This document shows positions 7,911 to 15,300 of a DNA stretch of 27,509 nt, piece by piece. The first letter of the stretch is position 1. Each line of letters begins with the position of its first letter. The DNA lies in contig JBDTSX010000001.1 in NCBI GenBank assembly GCA_039930925.1, forward strand, positions 1-27,509, in the 5' to 3' direction. Under the pieces are notes generated by a model that saw only the letters and a program-made list of their open reading frames with translations, made no database searches and was not told the origin of the DNA. The stretch comes from Acidobacteriota bacterium (lineage in GTDB: Bacteria; Acidobacteriota; Vicinamibacteria; Vicinamibacterales; 2-12-FULL-66-21). The translations under genes and the position numbers were made by a program.

Positions 7911-8999
7911 TTACCTGACCTGGATGAGGGGGATTGCACTCTTCTTGTAGCTGGCGATGGCGAGCTGGGTCGCGAGCTGCCGGGCCGCCGAGCGGAACGC
8001 CTCCGCCGCCGGCGAACCGCGCTCGCCAATGGTGATCGGTACGCCATTGTCGCTCCCGATCCGGATGGGCTCGTAGATCGGGATCCGGCCGAGAAACGGC
8101 ACCGCCATCTCCTCCGCCAGGGCTTCGCCGCCGCCCTTGCCGAAGATGTCGCTCTCGTGACGGCAGTCCGGGCAGATGAAATGGCTCATGTTCTCGATCA
8201 GCCCGAGCGTCGGCACGTTCAGCTTCTGATACATGCGGATCGCGCGCCGCGTGTCCGCCACCGACACCGTTTGCGGCGTCGTGACGACAATGCTGCCGAC
8301 GACGGGGACGGACTGGCTGAGGCTGAGCGCGACGTCGCCGGTGCCGGGCGGCATGTCGACGATCAGGTAATCAATATTTTCCCAGCTCACTTCGCGGAAG
8401 AACTGCTGAATCACGCCGTGCAGCATCGGCCCGCGCCAGATCACCGGCGCGTCGTCGCCGGTCAAGAACGCCATCGAAACGAGCTTGATGCCGTACTGTT
8501 CCGCGGGAATGATCTTGTTGCGTTCGTCGGCCACGAGCTGCGCCTTGATCCCGAGCATGATCGGCACGTTCGGGCCGTAGATGTCGCCGTCGATCATGGC
8601 CACGCGGCTGCCCGCCTGACTGAGCGCGATCGCCAGGTTGACGGCGACGGTGGTCTTTCCGACCCCCCCCTTGCCCGCGCCGACCGCGATGATGTTCTTG
8701 ACGCCTGGCACCGGTTGCTTGCTGATGTCGGCCGGCACGGCGGCGCGTACGAGCGCCGTCATCTCGATCTCGACGGCGGTGACGCCGGGAACCCGCATGA
8801 CCGCGGCGCGCGCCGCATCGCGCACCTGATCGCGGCCCTCGGGGCCGTGGATGGACAGCTCGATCGTGAACCCCACGCGCTCGCCGTCAATCCGCAGGTT
8901 CTTGACGAACTTCAGGGAGACAACGTCACGGTGCAGATCGGGATCACGAACGGCGCGAAGCGCCTCGAGAACGGCCGCTTCGGAAACAACATTGCTCAT
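7911..8999 (-). CDS. mrp: Mrp/ApbC/NBP35 Fe-S cluster carrier ATPase (362 aa)
   Basis: Start reassigned to ATG 8999 (MSNVVSEAAVLEALRAVRDPDLHRDVV, DUF59-like). Motifs GKGGVGKTT, DGDIYGPN, VIWRGPM, DMPPGTGD and FICPDC. TACAAT at 9012-9017 lies upstream. Confidence 0.95.
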   Translation of the reverse strand: MSNVVSEAAVLEALRAVRDPDLHRDVVSLKFVKNLRIDGERVGFTIELSIHGPEGRDQVRDAARAAVMRVPGVTAVEIEMTALVRAAVPADISKQPVPGVKNIIAVGAGKGGVGKTTVAVNLAIALSQAGSRVAMIDGDIYGPNVPIMLGIKAQLVADERNKIIPAEQYGIKLVSMAFLTGDDAPVIWRGPMLHGVIQQFFREVSWENIDYLIVDMPPGTGDVALSLSQSVPVVGSIVVTTPQTVSVADTRRAIRMYQKLNVPTLGLIENMSHFICPDCRHESDIFGKGGGEALAEEMAVPFLGRIPIYEPIRIGSDNGVPITIGERGSPAAEAFRSAARQLATQLAIASYKKSAIPLIQVR

Positions 9000-9181
9000 A
9001 CTGGTAGGTTGATTGTAGCCGGGACTCGGCGGCTCGGGATCCGCCAACCGACGTCCGAAATTCGGAAGCTGGGGATGTCGCCTCCAAATTTCCCGGCTCG
9101 ACGTCGCAGGCGAACGCCGATCCGGAGAAGACCCTGGTGACTGCTGAGCCCCGAATCCGCGTCCCGGATCGTGACGCCGAT

Positions 9182-9538
9182 CTAGATCCTCTGCTCCGCG
9201 ATGTCGCCGACGATGGTGAGCTTGAAGCGCTCCCCTTGGTAGGCCTTGAACATCAGGATCAGCCAGAGGATGGCGGAGCCATAGACGATGAAAATCGAGA
9301 GCACCCAGCCGAGCAGCGGAATCGACAGGCACAGCAGCAGCGCCAGGCTGGCGGGGCCGAATACGAGCATCGACTGCATCGCGTGAAATCGGACGAACCG
9401 GTTGTGCGGCTCGGTCATGAAAAACAGGATGCCGGTCAGCCAGCCGAGACTGTAGGCGAGCGCCGCCGCGACATTCGAATCGAAGCCGCTCGCGGTTCGT
9501 TCGCCGTCCGGCACCCTCGATCGATCGCCTGTCTCCAT
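9182..9538 (-). CDS. DUF4870-like membrane protein (118 aa)
   Basis: Start reassigned to ATG 9538. Pattern SNVAAALAYSLGWLTGILFF...FVRFHAMQS...KAYQGERFKLTIVGDIAE is typical of this family. Confidence 0.8.
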   Translation of the reverse strand: METGDRSRVPDGERTASGFDSNVAAALAYSLGWLTGILFFMTEPHNRFVRFHAMQSMLVFGPASLALLLCLSIPLLGWVLSIFIVYGSAILWLILMFKAYQGERFKLTIVGDIAEQRI

Positions 9539-9549
9539 TCGTCGCGTCT

Positions 9550-9936
9550 CTATCCCCGCGCCTTGGTGAAGAATACCGCCCGCGTTTCGTTGTGCAGAAG
9601 CACCCAGAAAGCGTAGATCCCGAGCGCGGTTCCGAACGGCAGCGCGAAAAAATTGAGCGCCGCGAGCCAGAGCACCGCGAGCCGGCCCTGCGGCTGACGG
9701 CGGCGCAAGGCGCGACCCGCCCAGAGATTCCCGCCGCCGGCCGCCAGCAGGGCCGCCGCGAAGATCACGAATGCGCCCGCGGTCACCCCTGCGGCCAGCC
9801 GATCGTCGGCCGACGTGATGCCGATCGCAATCGCCCCGACCGCAAGCAGCAGGATCGACACGCCGAGCAGGAGGCCGATCGCGCCCCAGACCAGTTGAAG
9901 GATGCCGAGCAGGTGCAGATGAGGACGCATCAACAT
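9550..9936 (-). CDS. Hypothetical multi-pass membrane protein (128 aa)
   Basis: Three to four hydrophobic segments; C-terminal LPFGTALGIYAFWVLL; tight spacing with its neighbours. Confidence 0.8.
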   Translation of the reverse strand: MLMRPHLHLLGILQLVWGAIGLLLGVSILLLAVGAIAIGITSADDRLAAGVTAGAFVIFAAALLAAGGGNLWAGRALRRRQPQGRLAVLWLAALNFFALPFGTALGIYAFWVLLHNETRAVFFTKARG

Positions 9937-9968
9937 GAACGCGGGCCCAGAGGCGGGCGGCCGCGGCT

Positions 9969-10562
9969 TCAGCGGATTGTAATCCGGACTTCGACGAATG
10001 TCTGTGGCGCCCCCTGCGGCGCGACGCTGAACCGGAACCGCGTCCCTTCACGCACGCCGGCGGGGACGCGCAGCCGGATTTCGTGCTTGCCCGCCACCTC
10101 GCCGACGCCGACGCACGTCACGCACCAGTCTGACCACACCTCCCCGCGGCCGCCGCACCGTGGGCAGGTGCGCCGCAGGGGAACATGGAGGGGAACCAGC
10201 ACACCCCAGAACGCCTCGTGCGGGGTGACGACGATGTCGGCGGAGAGAGCCGCTTCGGGCGCAGCGCCAAAGAACGAATCCCGCATCCGATCCAGCACGC
10301 TCGACACGGACGGAAAGTCGATCGCCACTTCGTCGGCGAGCCAGTCGGACCGGCTCACCGCGAGAAGCCGCGCGTCGTACGCGTCACGGCGATCGGGATG
10401 GCGCAGGATGTCGTAGGCGCGCGCCACTTCCTGGAACGCCGTCCCGCGATCATCCCCGGAAATGTCTGGATGATAGCGGCGTGCGAGCTGCCGGTACGCA
10501 CGCTTGATCTCGTCAGCGCCCGCGCCCGGCGATACGCCCAGAACCTCGTAATAATCGCGCAT
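9969..10562 (-). CDS. DnaJ-domain protein, short (197 aa), with two CxxCxGxG motifs
   Basis: J domain RDYYEVLGV...YRQLARRYHPD; motifs CPRCGGRG and CVTCVGVG; C-terminal-domain-like IRLRVPAGVREG. Confidence 0.9.
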   Translation of the reverse strand: MRDYYEVLGVSPGAGADEIKRAYRQLARRYHPDISGDDRGTAFQEVARAYDILRHPDRRDAYDARLLAVSRSDWLADEVAIDFPSVSSVLDRMRDSFFGAAPEAALSADIVVTPHEAFWGVLVPLHVPLRRTCPRCGGRGEVWSDWCVTCVGVGEVAGKHEIRLRVPAGVREGTRFRFSVAPQGAPQTFVEVRITIR

Positions 10563-10641
10563 TGCGCTCGTTAATCCAGCCCTGCAGAAACAGTGCCGCT
10601 ACGCGCGCGGCAGGAACCGCGCGCGCGCCGGCATGTTCGTT

Positions 10642-10670
10642 ACGATAGGAGCCGGTCCGGGGGAAGTCAA
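10642..10670 (-). promoter_or_regulatory. sigma70-type promoter TTGACT-N17-TATCGT for the DnaJ-like operon
   Basis: The -35 lies at 10665-10670 and the -10 at 10642-10647, with an exact 17-nt spacer. Confidence 0.6.
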
Positions 10671-10683
10671 GACTCCCGCCCGG

Positions 10684-10692
10684 TGCTAGAAT
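10684..10692 (+). promoter_or_regulatory. Extended -10 (TG-C-TAGAAT) 6 nt before ATG 10699; leaderless candidate
   Basis: Sequence cggTGcTAGAATcgcgcgATG; no Shine-Dalgarno sequence. Confidence 0.55.
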
Positions 10693-10698
10693 CGCGCG

Positions 10699-10842
10699 AT
10701 GCATGAATGCCCGCTGTGTGGTGAAGCGATGCGGCTCAGCGTGCGCGAAGTCCAGGGATCACTCGGGCCTGTACAGGTGGTCCGTGAATGGATCTGTCCC
10801 GAGTGCGACTACTTCGAAGAGGCCGAAACGTCGGATGGATAG
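10699..10842 (+). CDS. Small zinc-ribbon protein (47 aa), missed by the ORF track
   Basis: MHECPLCGEAMRLSVREVQGSLGPVQVVREWICPECDYFEEAETSDG*, with two CxxC motifs and an acidic tail. It fills the gap between genes and has an upstream extended -10. Confidence 0.8.
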   Translation: MHECPLCGEAMRLSVREVQGSLGPVQVVREWICPECDYFEEAETSDG

Positions 10843-10850
10843 CGCGGGGC

Positions 10851-11072
10851 TCAGCGGGCGCCGAGCGTCAACAGCACTTCGTTGCGTACGTCTTCCTCGA
10901 AATCAGCGAAATTGAGCGCCGTCTCGCACTCGTCGCACAACACTTCGATTACTGCGGGCCGTCCTTCTTCGTTCGCTTCGACGCGCGAGTCGCGCAGCTG
11001 GACGACGTGCATCTGCAGGGTCTTCACCAGAAAGTTCTGGTCGTTCCCGCAGCTCGGACAAGTCAGGGACAT
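10851..11072 (-). CDS. Small zinc-ribbon protein (73 aa)
   Basis: CPSC and CDEC motifs; Shine-Dalgarno-like gagaggag upstream. Confidence 0.82.
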   Translation of the reverse strand: MSLTCPSCGNDQNFLVKTLQMHVVQLRDSRVEANEEGRPAVIEVLCDECETALNFADFEEDVRNEVLLTLGAR

Positions 11073-11119
11073 CTAGACTACACTCCTCTCGGCCACCGAG
11101 GCCGTTGCCAAACCCTCGG

Positions 11120-11149
11120 ATTGTACGGGAACGCCTTTGATGTAAGCAA
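11120..11149 (-). promoter_or_regulatory. sigma70-type promoter TTGCTT-N18-TACAAT for the 73-aa protein
   Basis: The -35 lies at 11144-11149 and the -10 at 11120-11125. Confidence 0.5.
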
Positions 11150-11199
11150 TCAAGATCTTCGCGAACCACGTTCCCACCCGCGGGGTATACGATGCTGCT

Positions 11200-11376
11200 A
11201 TGGCCGAACGCACGACTGCACGCGAGATTCAGAGTCAGGCACGCGGACCCCACTGGGTGGCGTGGGTGCCCGACGCCGCCGGGAAACCGGAGCATGAGGT
11301 CGTGCTGGTGGGGCGTACGCGGAAGGAAGCGGAGGAACGAGCGAGACGATGGGCGGCCGCGAATCTGACCCTGTAG
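11200..11376 (+). CDS. Small hypothetical protein (58 aa), HicB-N-domain-like pattern; missed by the ORF track
   Basis: MAERTTAREIQSQARGPHWVAWVPDAAGKPEHEVVLVGRTRKEAEERARRWAAANLTL*. TACGAT (11188-11193) lies 6 nt before the ATG; the stop is 2 nt from the convergent gene's stop. Confidence 0.72.
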   Translation: MAERTTAREIQSQARGPHWVAWVPDAAGKPEHEVVLVGRTRKEAEERARRWAAANLTL

Positions 11377-11378
11377 GT

Positions 11379-11621
11379 CTACTCGTCGGTCTCCTCCGAA
11401 TCGTCGAATTCGGGTTCCCCCAAGCGCAGAATCTGGCCGCTCGCGTGGCCCGCGAGAATGCAGTACGGCCCCTTGGCCTCGAGCGACACGACCCCGACAT
11501 CCCACGGACGCGCGCGATAGGCCGCGGCCACGCACCCACACGGTAGACCTTCGAGAGCCTCGAGTTCGAACACCGTGGTGGTTGGTCTTACGTAGTTCAG
11601 TGCGCTTGCCGTTGCTGCCAT
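11379..11621 (-). CDS. Small hypothetical protein (80 aa) with CGC...C-x4-H and an acidic tail
   Basis: Clear Shine-Dalgarno GGAGG before the ATG and a globular-looking composition. Confidence 0.78.
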   Translation of the reverse strand: MAATASALNYVRPTTTVFELEALEGLPCGCVAAAYRARPWDVGVVSLEAKGPYCILAGHASGQILRLGEPEFDDSEETDE

Positions 11622-11646
11622 ACGCTACCTCCGTGGCTGGCCTGAA

Positions 11647-11662
11647 TGCAATGCCCAAGCCA
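11647..11662 (-). promoter_or_regulatory. sigma54 (-24/-12)-like promoter TGGCTTGGGCATTGCA
   Basis: TGGC-N7-TTGCA gives the required GG-N10-GC spacing; 25 nt lie between the motif and ATG 11621, leaving room for the Shine-Dalgarno. Confidence 0.55.
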
Positions 11663-11785
11663 GTTGTGAAGTTAGACTGCAGCACTGGGTCCTCGGTTCC
11701 CGCCGCCTCGTAAACCATTGCCGAATGGACGGTTCTCCTGGCACCCCAAGCGCACTCTTGGATACGTTCTACTGACATCTGCAGG

Positions 11786-12301
11786 CTACAATAGCCCCGG
11801 ATACGTGAGCCGACCTCCTTGTTCTCGCGCGAACTCACTCAGCTCATGAGGCTTAGCGTGTCTCGGCGACAATATGTGCCGAACTATGACATTGCGCACA
11901 AAAAGAGCATCTGCAAGCAGCCTTCGGTGGCACCGCCACCAGACCGCCTCGGCGCACATCACCGTTGTCGGCCCGCCCGCAGCAAATGCCAAGAGCTCGT
12001 CCAACGAACTTCTGAAGTCGTCCGTCTGCATGTGATCGGCGTAGCCTCGGAAACTGGGGTGGCGGAGCCCGCTGTTGATCGAATCAGGATGCGGTTTCCG
12101 GTGTCCGCCGAGACCGGGAAAATGGCGGTAACGGATACCAGCGGCGGTCAGGAAGGCGTCGAGCGGCGCCTGGCTGAAATGGGGGTGCCGCCTGGAGCCG
12201 GGGAACGCGCGGACGTCAGCCAGCTGCCGAATGCCGTGCGCCTCGAGCAGCGCGTGAAACGCCTGGACGGTATGCGTCGAGTGGCCGATCGTGTGGATCA
12301 C
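11786..12301 (-). CDS. DUF488 family protein (171 aa)
   Basis: Motifs HTIGHST, LADVRAFPGSRRHPHF, LGGHR, FRGYADHM and MCAEAVWWRCHRRLLAD. GTG 12301 fits the usual family N-terminus; ATG 12361, overlapping addA, is an alternative start. Confidence 0.88.
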   Translation of the reverse strand: MIHTIGHSTHTVQAFHALLEAHGIRQLADVRAFPGSRRHPHFSQAPLDAFLTAAGIRYRHFPGLGGHRKPHPDSINSGLRHPSFRGYADHMQTDDFRSSLDELLAFAAGGPTTVMCAEAVWWRCHRRLLADALFVRNVIVRHILSPRHAKPHELSEFAREQGGRLTYPGLL

Positions 12302-12323
12302 GAGCCGGACGCCGGTCTCGCGG

Positions 12324-15300
12324 TCAGCGGTCGGCGTGGGCAGCGGCTGGGTGATCCGCATAAATCAAGCGGCCTTCGACCGCCGCGCCGCGAAAGAGAT
12401 TACGCGCCGCGTCAACGTACAGATCGAGCTGCCGGCGATGCCCTGGACGCGGCCGGCCAGTCTTGAACTCGACCACCACGATCGACCCGTCCTCTTTCTG
12501 AATCAGGCAGTCGATCGTGCCGCGCAGGATGATCCCTTCCGGCCGCGACACATCCTTCGGCAATGGACTCTCGGCCACGTACGAGAACGGCACCTCGTGC
12601 AGACGCCGCCCGCCGGCAAAGAGCGCGGCGACGTCGCCGCGCGCGCGCAGGCGCCGCCAGGCGCTGACCGCCGCGGCGACGGCCGCGTCCACCTCGGCAA
12701 CCGCCCCCCGCTCGTCGTCCTTCAGCAATCCCCGCGCGTATGCCGCCTGTTCATCGTCTGTCGCCCCGCTCATACGGTCCCCGAACTGGAGCAGCCGGTG
12801 CACCAGGATCCCAACGGTCGCGTCGCGCCAGTCGTCGGTGCGCACCCCCTCGCTGGCGCCCGAGTCTCCGAGCCATGCGGTGACCGACCGCCGTTCGATT
12901 TCCGCGCGATCAGTCACCGGCCCGAATCGATCGTTGGCGGCGTCGCCGATTGCCGGTTCGGCGATCGGTCCCGCCTCGTCTGCGGAGGAGGGGGCACTCG
13001 GAACCTCGCAGACCCGCCAGGTGAATGACCGCCCTGATGGTCCCGCCCAGGCGATGACGCCCAACTCGTCAAACGAGGTGGCGGCGCGTCCGAACAGCGG
13101 CTTGACGGACTCCGGAAGCACTTCGGCGAGGCTGCCGCGGCCGGGTTGGAGCACGCCATCCTTGAGCACGGACGAGAAGTACAAGCGATCGCGCGCACGG
13201 GTGAGGGCAACGTACAGGAGCCGTCTCGTTTCCTGCTTCTCACGCTCGCGCTCGGCTTCATCCGTCTCGGAGACAAACGGACCGACCGACACCGACGGCG
13301 CTCCCCCTTCGCCGTCCATCACCACACGGACCGGCCGCGGGGGCCCGGTGGCGCCTTTCGCGAGATTGACCACGAACACGACGGGAAACTCGAGCCCCTT
13401 CGACGCGTGGACGGTCATCAGGTTGACGGCATCGAGCGCTTCGATCACCGCATTCGACTCGTCGCCCGCGGTCAGCGAGTCGATGTGATCCGCAATCCGG
13501 GCCAGCGTGGCGTAGCCGCGATTCTGGATGCGCCGCACCAGACCGCGCATCTTCTTCAGGTTTTCCCACGCCTGCTGCCGGCGCGCGCCGCGAAGCTCGT
13601 ACGCGTACGCGGTCGCCGGTAACAGCTGCTCGATCAGATCGGCGGGAGGCACCCGATCGACCTGGGCGATCCACTCCCCGACGCGCTCGCGAACGTACTG
13701 CAGCACCCGGCGGTCCTCGGGATCGAGCTGCACACCCGCCTCCGGGAACTGCGGCCCGGTGATGGCCGCGGCGAGGGCCGGACCGAGCTGCGCCAATGCC
13801 GGGTCAGAGAGGCGCACAAAGCGCGAACGCAGGAAGGCGGCGGCCCGCAGATCCGACCCGGGGTCGGCCAGGTACCGCAACAGCGCCGAGAGATCCTTGA
13901 TCTCGTCGGCGTCGAAGAATCCCAGCCCCTTGTAGACGTACGACGGGATCCCGCGCACGCCCAGCTCGCGCTCGAACTCCCGATGGCTCGCGCGCGACCG
14001 GAAGAGAATGGCGATGTCTCCCGGGCGGGCCTCCCGCGGGACACCGGTCGTGCGGTCGCGGACGGTGTCCTCACGGAGGATGCGCGCGATCTCGGCCGCC
14101 ACGGATGCCGCACACGCGTCCAGGTCATTGGCCACCGCGATGCCGAGGACCGGCCCGCGTCCTCGCGCGCCGGTGCTCTCGATCGGGAACTGATCCGAGC
14201 CTCGATAGGTGAAGTCATCCGGCCGCACACCCGGCTGCGACATCTCCGTGAACAGCTCGTTGACGAATTCCAGCAGCTCGGGCACGGCGCGAAAGCTGCG
14301 GCTGATCGAGCGGTGCGGACTGCCGGCGAGCCTCAGCGCCTCGATGTAGCGGCCGGCCTCCTGCAGCACGGCCACCTCGGCGTCCCGAAACCGGTAAATG
14401 GACTGCTTGCGATCGCCGACGATGAAGATCGAGGGCTGGGTGGGCAGGCCAAGACCCTCGCCCCAGGACTGGATCAGCAGCGAGACGAGCTCCCACTGGG
14501 CGCGGCTGGTGTCCTGGAATTCGTCCACCAGCACGTGGTGGTAGCGCGACTCGAGCCGGAACCGGCTCTGCGAGAACTCGTCCATCTGACGCAGCAGATC
14601 GAGCGCGCGCTGCAGGACATCCGAAAAGTCGAGCACCGAGCGTTCGTCCAGTGCGCGCCGGTATTGGGTCAGCGCGATCCCGAACATGCGGCGGATGCCG
14701 CGCGCGAGCACCACGTTCAGGTCGCGGCTGAAGGCCGCCATCACATTTTCGATCTGCGGCGCGATCTGGACCACCGCGCTGCGATGGCGCTTCGACGCCT
14801 CCACGGAGGGGTAGTCGCGTTCCCCTTTGTACGGAGGAATCGCGCCGGGCCGCCGGGGCTTTCCCTCGTTGGTCAGGAAGTGCCCGCCCACCCGATCGAG
14901 CACTCCTCGTATCTGCGCATCGCCTGCCCGCTCGAGCTCACCGAGCGCGCGCAGATCGCGCAGCAGCATCTGAAAGCGGGGATGCTCGACCGGTCCATCG
15001 GCCAGGAACGCCGCCAGCCCGCCGGGCACGGCGCGGAGCGCGTCCTGCAGCGCGGTTGCGGCACGGCGGCACACGGCTTCAGCCGTCACATCCGCCGGCC
15101 CCTTCGCGAGAAATCGATCGAGGGCGTCCCACGCGACCAGGCGTCGTTCGAGAAGAGACCGAAGCCCCGCACGCGTGCGGGAGACGCCGAGCTGCGCGAG
15201 CACCACGGCGATATCGGGCTCCTGCCGGGCGAGGCCGGCGAAGATCCGAAGCGATCGATCGAGCGATTCGTCCACCCGCCGGGGCACCTCGGTCTCGTCG

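Noticed and set aside
6666-9140. 824-aa plus-strand ORF
   Set aside because: Antisense shadow of the M16 peptidase and mrp genes; no motifs, and expected from GC3 bias.
9000-9181. Riboswitch or ncRNA in the mrp upstream region
   Set aside because: Only short GC stems and weak heptamer-like units are present; the -10 candidate next to the start leaves no room for a structured leader.
10665-10692. CIRCE/HrcA operator near the DnaJ-like gene (GTGCTAG half-site resemblance)
   Set aside because: There is no matching TTAGCACTC arm at 9-nt spacing; the sequence is explained by two divergent promoters.
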